From Candidatus Poseidoniaceae archaeon (GTDB lineage: Archaea > Thermoplasmatota > Poseidoniia > Poseidoniales > Poseidoniaceae), in the NCBI GenBank assembly GCA_029250345.1, contig JAQXFL010000005.1:1-43691 (forward strand): DNA of 43,691 nt. The letters run 5' to 3'. Positions 17,306 to 25,589 of this stretch are shown here, in pieces. The stretch's first letter is position 1. Each line of letters opens with the position of its first letter. The notes below the pieces were generated by a model. It had not been told where the DNA came from, did not search any database, and saw nothing but the letters and a program-made list of their open reading frames with translations. The translations under genes and the position numbers were made by a program.

Positions 17306-19112
17306 TTCGCTTTAATTGGAAGTCTGTTAATTCACGCAAGGCCTTCATTGCAGGTCCTTGTGGAATGCGGTCCAAACAAGCGTGGGCCTTTGCGTGGTAA
17401 TCGACCGCACGTTGCTTTGCATAGTCGATCGAACCGAGGTTGCCCAATGCCTTGAGTGCATCAGCAATGGCTTGAGCATCTGCAGCCTCGCCTTTTCCGA
17501 GAGCCGCAAGCAAGGTTTGTTTGTCTTCACTGTCAGGTTGTGCAAGCGCATGAATCACCATCAATGTCCTCTTACCTTGAGCTACATCAGAACCTGCTGG
17601 TTTTCCGAGTACATCTGAGTCGGACAGCACATCAATCAAATCATCCATAAGTTGGAAGCAGAGTCCGACAGCAAGACCCCAATCTGCCATACAGTCAATT
17701 GTTTCTTGGTCTGCACCGGCCATTCTTGCGCCAATTTCTGCACAGGTGAGGAACATGACAGCAGTCTTTCCTTCAATCATCTCGATGTAGTCGTCTTCCG
17801 ATACTGCGAGTTCATCTTCAAATTCGATATCCATCTGCTGACCTTCGCTGACGCGACGGACCATCCAGGCAATTCTGTTTACGAGTGGGGCTACATCGTT
17901 TGCTTGAAGCCCTTCAGCTTGTACTAATCGCTCGAACGCAATTGCAAGCATTGCATCACCGGCATTGATGGCGGTAGGGAGGTCGAACTCAATGTGGACG
18001 GCATTTCTGCCTCGTCGAACATCATCGTCATCCATGATATCATCGTGAACCAATGTGAAGTTGTGGACTGTTTCAATCGCTGCACCCACATCGAGCATTC
18101 CAGAGTGAGAGTCGCCAACCGCTTTTCCGACGAGCCATGGTAATGTTGCACGCAGCCGCTTTCCACCTCCATGAATGAGGTGGGTCATTGCAGCAGCCAG
18201 TCTTTCATGACGTGAGGCCATCAAGCTGTTCATGATACGTTGCTCAACCAACGGCTTTACCTCGAGAACAGAGATGTTGAGGCCAGCCCCCTCGGCTTCG
18301 GGTAGCATGTGTGTTACATCGCCCATGTCGTGTATTTCATCGTCGCTTAATGCGCTCAAAGCATCCGAATCTCCAATGGCGCTCCACCAGTCATCGTTCA
18401 TGATTCGAGCAGCAATGCATCGGAACCACGGTGCGACCGATCCATTGGAACGTTCCTCTTCGATGAGCATATCTTCCAATTCCTCTTGGGATACCCACAT
18501 GGTTTCCGAGACTTCGTTTTCGTTGATGTTGAGTTCAACGTCTTTCTGAGCAACTAGAATATGGTCGATTTCTCTTTCAATCCATGTTTCATTCATTCGT
18601 GCTGAATAACGCATCTTGGTCATGAAGGTAAAGTCGTCCGCCGAAATATGGCTCGGGTCGATTCCAAGTTCCTGTTCTAGTTTACGAATTGCAGCGGTTT
18701 TTACACCGAGCGCCCCTTCTTCAACCAATTCTTCGTCGCTGTGAAGCGGGTGTGAGCAGCAGGAATTCGCCCAGACCCCTGGGAATGTGACTTTGCCGTG
18801 TGCTCGACGTTGGAGCAGCAATCTCTTCTTTGAATCAAACAGCAGAACACTGAATGCACGGTGGTACGCTCCTGCGTTCCGATGAGCCGCAATTTTGGAC
18901 AGAGGTCCGAGTACTGCGTCCTTTTCATTGACTGCAATAATGGCTTCGGACATGAGTGTCGACTGCGTAGAATCAGCACCCAACGAGTCGAGTAAATCCC
19001 TCTCAGAATCAGACAGTTCGATATTCGGGACGTCTGTTATATCGTATCCGCTCATGTGAACCCCGAGTTCAATGGATTCGCGGTCGCTACATGAAGAGTT
19101 CTGTAAAGTCAT
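17298..19112 (-). CDS. Bifunctional fusion: type-1 isopentenyl-diphosphate isomerase (N) + geranylgeranyl/polyprenyl diphosphate synthase (C)
   Basis: N-terminal half: 'HRAFSVLLFDSKKRLLLQRRAHGKVTFPGVWANSCCSHPL' and 'EREIDHILV' (IDI1 Cys/Glu motifs, eukaryote-like CCSHP). C-terminal half: FARM 'LVHDDIMDDDDVRRGR' and SARM 'FQLMDDLID'. Start is uncertain (TTG 19121, ATG 19112 or ATG 19055). Confidence 0.85.
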   Translation of the reverse strand: MTLQNSSCSDRESIELGVHMSGYDITDVPNIELSDSERDLLDSLGADSTQSTLMSEAIIAVNEKDAVLGPLSKIAAHRNAGAYHRAFSVLLFDSKKRLLLQRRAHGKVTFPGVWANSCCSHPLHSDEELVEEGALGVKTAAIRKLEQELGIDPSHISADDFTFMTKMRYSARMNETWIEREIDHILVAQKDVELNINENEVSETMWVSQEELEDMLIEEERSNGSVAPWFRCIAARIMNDDWWSAIGDSDALSALSDDEIHDMGDVTHMLPEAEGAGLNISVLEVKPLVEQRIMNSLMASRHERLAAAMTHLIHGGGKRLRATLPWLVGKAVGDSHSGMLDVGAAIETVHNFTLVHDDIMDDDDVRRGRNAVHIEFDLPTAINAGDAMLAIAFERLVQAEGLQANDVAPLVNRIAWMVRRVSEGQQMDIEFEDELAVSEDDYIEMIEGKTAVMFLTCAEIGARMAGADQETIDCMADWGLAVGLCFQLMDDLIDVLSDSDVLGKPAGSDVAQGKRTLMVIHALAQPDSEDKQTLLAALGKGEAADAQAIADALKALGNLGSIDYAKQRAVDYHAKAHACLDRIPQGPAMKALRELTDFQLKRIS

Positions 19113-19154
19113 TTGACACAACTGCGGATGAAAGTGAAAAAATTGAGGTGCAGT

Positions 19155-19979
19155 TCACTGTTTGTGAGTGACAATTGTTCCTCGAACTGGATTTCCGAGC
19201 ATTGCCGCCAGAACTCGTTCGGGTTTGCCACCGTTGACCATGACGACATTGATTCCATGAGCGGCGACATGGGCTCCTCTTGCAGCTTTCAATCCGATAC
19301 CACCCGTGACATCGATGTCTGATTGGTGAACGCCCTCAAACGTAATCTCGGGAGTCCACACTTCGATGAGATCCTTTTCAGTGGCGTGCTCGGGTGGTAT
19401 GCGAAGCAGTCCGTCAACACCGCCAATGGCAAAGACAAGACGCTTTACATTTTCCAATTCCAACGAAAGCCGAACGACTAAGTCGTCGCCCGACAAGATT
19501 CCAAATTGCTTTTCACCCTCAACATTGACCACGTCACCAAAGGTGATGTGAACCGTGTTGTCGCTCTGTGCCGTGAAGTTATCAAGGCTACCTGCAAAAT
19601 CTGTTCCCGTGTTTGTGGCCCACAGGTGAGGTGGATGGACTATGCTTTGTATTCCGTACATTCCCAAGGCATCGCATACATGTTTGTTGAGTTGTAGCAT
19701 TTCAAGTCGGACTTGGTCTACAGCCTCTTTTTGACTGGAAAGTGTACTTCCTTCTGGTGTTTCAACATGAGGGATGTATCCCTCATTGAGCCTCCAAGTT
19801 TTAGCACGCAGATGTCCAAATGACCCTGCACCGTGTACAAGAATGACCTCGAGACCCGCCGCTTGACATTTTTCAACGGTTGATGCCAGTTGATTCAGCA
19901 CGGCCATGTTCGGTGTACAGAGTGATGATTTGTCGGTGATGAGGCCTCCACCCCATTTGATGACCACTCTGTCACGCAT
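19155..19979 (-). CDS. ipk: Isopentenyl phosphate kinase
   Basis: Amino-acid-kinase fold with 'VIKWGGGLITDK' and 'VHGAGSFGH'. Lies immediately upstream of the IDI-GGPPS gene on the same strand. Confidence 0.85.
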   Translation of the reverse strand: MRDRVVIKWGGGLITDKSSLCTPNMAVLNQLASTVEKCQAAGLEVILVHGAGSFGHLRAKTWRLNEGYIPHVETPEGSTLSSQKEAVDQVRLEMLQLNKHVCDALGMYGIQSIVHPPHLWATNTGTDFAGSLDNFTAQSDNTVHITFGDVVNVEGEKQFGILSGDDLVVRLSLELENVKRLVFAIGGVDGLLRIPPEHATEKDLIEVWTPEITFEGVHQSDIDVTGGIGLKAARGAHVAAHGINVVMVNGGKPERVLAAMLGNPVRGTIVTHKQ

Positions 19980-20083
19980 GTTACACCCACTACGAAATCG
20001 CTGATGAGCATACCCCTTCGGTTTCCATCCGAATCAATATTTCTTCACCAAGGATTCATGACCCACCGCACCGACCGTGATTC

Positions 20084-20419
20084 ATGTCCGACGGTCCGTC
20101 TCTAAGCGACTTCATGCGTCATCTTCAAGCAATCTTGGAAGATTCGGAAGAAATTCCTGATCGAGAAGATCGTGAAACCCGACAATTCCAGATTGAATCA
20201 GCAATTCAAGAAGCAATTTTGTTTGGTAACCGGTACAAGGAGTTGCTCGAACATGGAATCGATCCATTCCATTTCGTTCGTTCGATGTCCAACGATGAGC
20301 ATCCACAACCAGTTTCCAAGGCTGAATCGCTAAGTCTTGGTCATGACCATTGTTCCGGCTGTGGAACACGTCTTGAGAAAGATCTCGACTTCTGCGCCTC
20401 ATGCGGCGCAAAGCGATAA
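20084..20419 (+). CDS. Hypothetical acidic protein with a C-terminal zinc ribbon
   Basis: 111 aa, ending 'CSGCGTRLEKDLDFCASCGAK'. Confidence 0.45.
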   Translation: MSDGPSLSDFMRHLQAILEDSEEIPDREDRETRQFQIESAIQEAILFGNRYKELLEHGIDPFHFVRSMSNDEHPQPVSKAESLSLGHDHCSGCGTRLEKDLDFCASCGAKR

Positions 20420-21115
20420 TCACTCTTCTTCTTGCTCTTCAAGTTCCCACTGGGCAATAATTTCCAGAATGATTGGGTCATCTGCCTCGAGCTTGTAGAG
20501 GTATTCGCCAGGCATTTCGTCGACGAGGAAAACTGTCTTTCCAGCACGGTAGATGATGTGACCATCGGCTATTGCACGAACGGTGTCAACTTCAAGAATA
20601 GTTGGGCGGTGTATTCTCACATGTCCAGCTTCCATAGCGTTGGAGATGCTTCGTGAAAGGTGAATGTGCTTTCGGTCGCCTGCAGTAATACCGAGTTCCA
20701 TGGTTGTTTCTGCTTGTCCTTCTTCACATGGCCAGTACAGAGCTTCTGGGATTTGGTCGGTAGGGAGGTCCAATTCCAATTCAATGGAGTGCCCGTAGGT
20801 CGCTCTTAGCATGTCGCCTTCAACTTGGTATCGTCCTTTGTCGTCTGCGTTTGCGATTGCAGCGAAGTGCCATCCACGAAGCCAGTGGTAGTGGCGGCGT
20901 TGCTTGGAGATGGATTCAGAAAGTTCCCGAGCGTTGACCCAGCCGTTGATATCCATTTCGACATTGAACTTTTCAGGTGCGTGACGAAGAACCAACGCAA
21001 GCATACGGCCGAGGGAGTTCGATTCCCGGTCGCTCATGATGAATTTTCCTTCTTCGTTACAGGTCGGGCAGTTGGCACCTTTGAAGTGTCCGTGGGCTCT
21101 ACATTGTCGGAGCAT
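20420..21115 (-). CDS. kptA: RNA 2'-phosphotransferase (Tpt1/KptA) with an N-terminal zinc-ribbon head
   Basis: 'CRAHGHFKGANCPTCNEEG', 'LALVLRHAPEKF', 'DINGWV', 'KGRYQVEGDMLRATYGHS', 'HLSRS'. Start set to ATG 21115 (MLRQCRAHG). The ORF track extends to 21193. Confidence 0.85.
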   Translation of the reverse strand: MLRQCRAHGHFKGANCPTCNEEGKFIMSDRESNSLGRMLALVLRHAPEKFNVEMDINGWVNARELSESISKQRRHYHWLRGWHFAAIANADDKGRYQVEGDMLRATYGHSIELELDLPTDQIPEALYWPCEEGQAETTMELGITAGDRKHIHLSRSISNAMEAGHVRIHRPTILEVDTVRAIADGHIIYRAGKTVFLVDEMPGEYLYKLEADDPIILEIIAQWELEEQEEE

Positions 21116-21221
21116 GTTTGTAGCGGGTGACGGCGCGTTCTTAGACTCTACGGGTGGTACACTCGGTTTCAGGGCTGAATCGAACCGACTCAATCAAATG
21201 CTGGTTCTTCTTCGGCGTGTC

Positions 21222-22397
21222 ATGGTTGATGTCGCAGTCATCGGTGCAGGTCAAACCAAGTATGGTAACCACCATCTCGGTCTCAAAGGGATGTGGGCTG
21301 AAGCCGCTGAAAATGCTTTTGCGAGTGTTGACCAGAATTTCGACCCACGGCAAGTGGATGAAGCATTCATCGGCAGCGTGGCTTTCGGCGGTGGTCAACT
21401 AGGCAATACCGCTGCACTGCTTACCGAACATTCTGGGATGGAAGGCGTGGCAGTGCGTCGTGTTGAGAACGCATGTGCATCTTCTGGTTTCGCATTACGG
21501 GATGCTTGGATGGCCATTAAGAGTGGACAAGCAGACATTGTGGTTGCTGGTGGCATCGAAAAAATGAATGATCTTTCACCGGAACGCAAGCGGTTTTGGC
21601 TCGGCGTTTCGGGTGATACTGAATGGGAGCGGCTGGCTGGTCTTACCTTTCCAGGAACGTATGCGCTCATGGCTCGACGGCATTTTCACGAACATCAATC
21701 CACTCACGACGATTTAGTGCACATCAGCGTCAAAAACCACATGCATGGTTTCGAAAATCAACAGGCGCACCTTCGAAAGCAGGTCTCTTTTGAGAAAGCT
21801 GCGGGTGGTTTCATGGTCGCAGATCCCCTGACGCTCTACGACTGTTGCCCAACTTCAGATGGCGCATCATGCGTGATTTTGGCGGCAGATCATGTTGTGC
21901 GTCAATTTACCGATGACCCCGTCTGGATTCGATCATCCGGTGCAGGTTCAGACAGGCTTGCTTTGCACGACCGTCCATCCATCACCCAATTGGTAGCAAC
22001 TCAGAAGGCTTCCAAATCGGCTTATTCAGCTGCAGGGATAACTGCTCGCGATGTTGATTTAGCCGAAGTCCACGATTGTTTCACAATTGCTGAAATGATT
22101 GCAACTGAAGACCTAGGCTTTGCCGATTCTGGACAGGGCGGACTCTTTGCCCGCAACGGTGAAGGAATTCGCAATCAAGGTTCAGTCTGTCTCAATCCGA
22201 GTGGTGGTCTCAAGTCGAAGGGCCATCCTCTAGGTGCCACAGGAACCGGTCAGGCAGTTGAAGTGTTCAAGCAACTGCGTGGATCAGTCGAGTCTGAGCG
22301 ACAAGTCCGTGATGCCGAAATAGGTATCACCCACAACGTCGGAGGTTCTGGTGCCACATGTGCAGTCCATGTGTTTGGGAGGGATCGAAATGAGTGA
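21222..22397 (+). CDS. Archaeal-type thiolase (acetyl-CoA C-acetyltransferase, SCP-x-like)
   Basis: 'VAVIGAGQTKYG', catalytic Cys in 'ENACASSG', 'VHDCFT', 'NPSGGLKSKGHPLGATG'. The ORF-track start 21036 overlaps divergent kptA, so ATG 21222 is preferred. Confidence 0.85.
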   Translation: MVDVAVIGAGQTKYGNHHLGLKGMWAEAAENAFASVDQNFDPRQVDEAFIGSVAFGGGQLGNTAALLTEHSGMEGVAVRRVENACASSGFALRDAWMAIKSGQADIVVAGGIEKMNDLSPERKRFWLGVSGDTEWERLAGLTFPGTYALMARRHFHEHQSTHDDLVHISVKNHMHGFENQQAHLRKQVSFEKAAGGFMVADPLTLYDCCPTSDGASCVILAADHVVRQFTDDPVWIRSSGAGSDRLALHDRPSITQLVATQKASKSAYSAAGITARDVDLAEVHDCFTIAEMIATEDLGFADSGQGGLFARNGEGIRNQGSVCLNPSGGLKSKGHPLGATGTGQAVEVFKQLRGSVESERQVRDAEIGITHNVGGSGATCAVHVFGRDRNE

Positions 22398-23241
22398 GAC
22401 AACTGAATGGAAGGGATACTTACTCTCGCATTCGAACGGTTCATTGCTCCTTCAGTCCCCTTACATTCATGACGGTACTCCTGTGTTCGGGCCAGACAGT
22501 GATTCAACAACAATGGCAGTGGCTGGAATCCAATATTTACATGCCCAAGGGCACAAATTCACGACCATCCGTCTACCACAATCCATTGACGCCCAAGTGG
22601 TATACATGTCAACATCGGTTGACTCGCCTCAGCGAAATCAAGATCTTGATGATGACGTTGTCGACTGGCATTTAATCGACGGTGAAGAGGCGACATTGGT
22701 TCTTTCTCAATCCGATGATGAACATTATGAGTTCGATGAACCAATCGGTACTGAAATCATGGATGACGAATTATTCACGGATATGAAGGCCGCTTGGGAG
22801 CAAGAGTGTTCCCTGCAGCATGTTTCCCAAGGTGCGTATGTCTCTCAGTCGCAATACTATGAGGGTGGAGCTGCTCGACTTTCACTCGCATCACAGAACT
22901 TTGATGGTAGCATCATTTGGCCACCACGTCAAATGGATTCGTCAGGCGTACGTCTTCCTAAGGAAGACGCCCTTCTCGCTGATGCTGCAACCGTCGAATC
23001 GTGGACGAAACTGAGTGCTGCTGGCGCACCTTCAGAATTCTCCCTACGTGCACCAATATTGGGTGGGGTTCAAACGGTTCTCGTCAAGTTCGAAGAAGGC
23101 CCTCGAGGTGTCTTTTTGGTTTGCGATGACGTCGAATATTCTCCCCGTATTGGCGACCAAGTTCATTTTGCGGTTCGTCGCATTTACGCTCAAGAAGGCT
23201 TGATTCGTTACGGTCTCAAAGCCATTCCACAGTCTGCCTAA
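22390..23241 (+). CDS. DUF35-type OB-fold protein, atypical (Cys-less ribbon region, N-terminal extension of about 145 aa)
   Basis: The C-terminal ~130 aa follow the DUF35 pattern ('IIWPPRQ', 'GGVQTVLVKFEEGPRGVFLV', 'IGDQVHFAVRRI'). ATG 22390 overlaps the thiolase stop (ATGAGTGA) and follows 'gggaggga'. Confidence 0.6.
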   Translation: MSETTEWKGYLLSHSNGSLLLQSPYIHDGTPVFGPDSDSTTMAVAGIQYLHAQGHKFTTIRLPQSIDAQVVYMSTSVDSPQRNQDLDDDVVDWHLIDGEEATLVLSQSDDEHYEFDEPIGTEIMDDELFTDMKAAWEQECSLQHVSQGAYVSQSQYYEGGAARLSLASQNFDGSIIWPPRQMDSSGVRLPKEDALLADAATVESWTKLSAAGAPSEFSLRAPILGGVQTVLVKFEEGPRGVFLVCDDVEYSPRIGDQVHFAVRRIYAQEGLIRYGLKAIPQSA

Positions 23242-23302
23242 TGCAGAGTTTCCAACTTCTCTCTCCAAAGCCTTGATAGAAAGCCATTGTTGTGGGCATC
23301 TC

Positions 23303-24319
23303 ATGGCAGGCTTTGGTAACATACGGAAAGGACGACGCGAGGCCGTAGACAATCTTGCTTTCACTGAAGGTGGAGACTGCCCCAGGTGCGGTGGAGAATC
23401 TCAACCTTCGACGATGAATGGATATCTGAGCTGCGTTGCTTGCCAGCATGAGTGGAAAGACCCGAACCATGTTGATTCCTCGGGCCCTACTGAAATTCCA
23501 ACCTACCACCAGGACCGTGCCAAAATCGAAGAATTCCGTAAGGAGGTTGAAAGCGGTGGACTCGCTGGAGTTCTCGGTGTTGACAGTAATTTATCTGATG
23601 AGCAAGAAGCGTCGCTTTCTCGACTTGAAGACAAGTGGATGTCCGGCATGAAGGGGCATTACAACACAGCGACTGAGGAACGGAAACCACTCATGATTAG
23701 TTTCGATGACGACGATAACATCGTATCGACTGAAGTTGCAGCACTTACAATCGTAGCAAACGGCTTTGACGGTGGAGAAGAAATACGACTGGAATATCCT
23801 GGTAAGGGCACTGAGTTCTATTGTTTCAACGTTTCAGATCCTCACGGTTGGAGGCGTGGTACCTCAGCAGCACACACCGCTCGGTCAATTGCAAATGTAA
23901 TCAACAACAATTCTAATTTGGTCTATGCTAATCTCGAGGGTACAAGAATTTCATTCGAACTACGGAGCGAGGATTTGAAACCAGAATCACTCGTTCTGTT
24001 CGTTGATGACCCTGGAGGAACGGATATCGTTGCTGAGAAAAACGGAGTTGTATTGGATGCTCGAAACCTGCAAGATTTCGAGGATTACCGTAGTATTGTA
24101 GCGCTGGTTTTGGAAGATGGAATCATCTCGCCAAGCGAAGATCAACTGCTCTGGTCCATGCGTCAGCAACTTGGAATTGATGATGTATACCATATCCAAA
24201 TGGTATTGGAAATGTTTGGTGAGGATACGCTCAAGGAATGCACATCATGTGGCTCGATGGCTCGTCTCTATCCAGAATATGCTGCATGGTATTGTCAGTC
24301 CTGTGAAGAATGGTGCTGA
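23303..24319 (+). CDS. Uncharacterised protein with N- and C-terminal zinc ribbons
   Basis: 338 aa. 'CPRCGG-x15-CVAC' at the N-terminus and 'CTSCG-x14-CQSC' at the C-terminus. The central ~230 aa match no family I recognise. Confidence 0.6.
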   Translation: MAGFGNIRKGRREAVDNLAFTEGGDCPRCGGESQPSTMNGYLSCVACQHEWKDPNHVDSSGPTEIPTYHQDRAKIEEFRKEVESGGLAGVLGVDSNLSDEQEASLSRLEDKWMSGMKGHYNTATEERKPLMISFDDDDNIVSTEVAALTIVANGFDGGEEIRLEYPGKGTEFYCFNVSDPHGWRRGTSAAHTARSIANVINNNSNLVYANLEGTRISFELRSEDLKPESLVLFVDDPGGTDIVAEKNGVVLDARNLQDFEDYRSIVALVLEDGIISPSEDQLLWSMRQQLGIDDVYHIQMVLEMFGEDTLKECTSCGSMARLYPEYAAWYCQSCEEWC

Positions 24320-24429
24320 TTTCTTCGATAGTTCAGTTCAAGAATGGCATTTTTCCAACCTCAAGTGCGATTCTGTATGCGTGGCATCCTTCATAAGGTA
24401 GTTCACAATGGCAAGGGTAGGCGAGTGTT

Positions 24430-25455
24430 ATGGCAGAAGACGTATTGTATATTGGAATTGATTTGGGAACCTTCCGTTCGGTTATGGTTTCATCCGACAG
24501 CCACGAAGTAGAAGAGTTGACCGTTATCGGAACTCCGAAAGACCCGATTGCCCGTAATTTCCTCAAGCGAGATGTTCTCTTTGGTGAAGAAGCACTCAAA
24601 AATCGACTTGCACTCAACCTTTTCCGACCACTCGAACTTGGTGTTATCAAAGACACGCAAGAAGACCGTGAATTCATTGCACACTTTATCACCCACCTGA
24701 TTGGACTTTCCGACCCCGAAGACTACGATCGTGTCGTCGCTGTCATTGGTGCTCCTGCTGAAGCAAGTTATGTCGATAAGACTGCAATTTTCGACGCAGC
24801 TGCAGGTTCCGTAAACGCCGCTATGATTATTTCTGAACCATTCGCTGTTGCGTATGCACTGGACATGATTGAACACACTCTCGTCATTGATATTGGAGCA
24901 GGAACCGCAGATCTTTGCCGTGTTTACGGTACAATCCCTGGCCCTGGCGATCAAATGCACACCGGGCACGCTGGAGACTTTGTTGACCGAAAAATCATCG
25001 AAGAAGTGCAATCTAAGTACAGCGGTGCACAAATTACCAAGGATATGGCTCGCCGATGGAAGGAGCAATATTCCTTCGTAGGAACAGCATCCCCTGACGA
25101 ACCGGTTATGGTTGACTTCTCTATTGAAGGAAAAGCAATGAATCTCGATATTACCGACTGTATTCAGCGAGCATGTGAGTCTATTGTCGACCCTATCGTT
25201 GAAAACGTCAAGGAATTGATTTCTGGCTCGAACCCTGAGTATCACGACCAGTTCCGTCGAAACATGGTTCTCGCTGGTGGCGGCTCAGGAATCAAAGGCC
25301 TCGGGGCCATGATTGAGCGTAAACTCTCTGATATGGGCGATGTCAATGTACACGTCGTTGATGACCCGGTACGCTTGGGCGCAATGGGCGGTCTGCGACT
25401 TGCAATGGAAGTTCCTGAAGAAATGTGGAAGAACCTTACTCTCGCATCTCGCTGA
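24430..25455 (+). CDS. Actin-fold ATPase, MamK-family-like (MreB/MamK superfamily)
   Basis: Phosphate-1 'IGIDLGT', phosphate-2 'VIDIGAGTADLC', adenosine motif 'VLAGGGSGIKGL'. MamK-like stretches are 'GTIPGPGDQ', 'WKEQYSFVGT', 'NPEY' and 'DDPVRLGAMGGLRLA'. Confidence 0.8.
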   Translation: MAEDVLYIGIDLGTFRSVMVSSDSHEVEELTVIGTPKDPIARNFLKRDVLFGEEALKNRLALNLFRPLELGVIKDTQEDREFIAHFITHLIGLSDPEDYDRVVAVIGAPAEASYVDKTAIFDAAAGSVNAAMIISEPFAVAYALDMIEHTLVIDIGAGTADLCRVYGTIPGPGDQMHTGHAGDFVDRKIIEEVQSKYSGAQITKDMARRWKEQYSFVGTASPDEPVMVDFSIEGKAMNLDITDCIQRACESIVDPIVENVKELISGSNPEYHDQFRRNMVLAGGGSGIKGLGAMIERKLSDMGDVNVHVVDDPVRLGAMGGLRLAMEVPEEMWKNLTLASR

Positions 25456-25472
25456 GATTAAGACTTCAAGTG

Positions 25473-25490
25473 CATTCGCTCGCACGAATG
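25473..25490 (+). terminator. Hairpin plus T-rich tail after the actin-like gene
   Basis: Inverted repeat cattcg / cgaatg (6 bp, 6-nt loop) starts 18 nt after the stop and is followed by 'ttgtt'. This is weak as an archaeal terminator. Confidence 0.3.
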
Positions 25491-25589
25491 TTGTTCACCT
25501 GTCTCATCGTATAGTTTTCATTAACTCAATGATTGAATTTCACTCGCAACCTACAACATCTCTTTCAATAAGACTGCCAACATAACCGC

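Noticed and set aside
20980-21115. Zinc-ribbon head on Tpt1/KptA as a novel fusion.
   Set aside because: As far as I recall, the CxxHG...CxxC head is a common feature of euryarchaeal KptA proteins, so it is not unusual.
21036-21221. 5' extension of the thiolase ORF, together with 5' extensions of the kptA (to 21193), rrp4 (5050), rps7 (13722) and pcc1 (7608) ORFs.
   Set aside because: The extensions overlap neighbouring conserved genes. Internal ATGs with SD-like sequences reproduce the canonical family N-termini.
24490-25245. A 251-aa ORF antisense to the MamK-like gene.
   Set aside because: It lies entirely inside a well-supported actin-fold CDS on the other strand. Its translation is Cys/Asn/Val-rich with no recognisable motifs. 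This is a typical shadow ORF.
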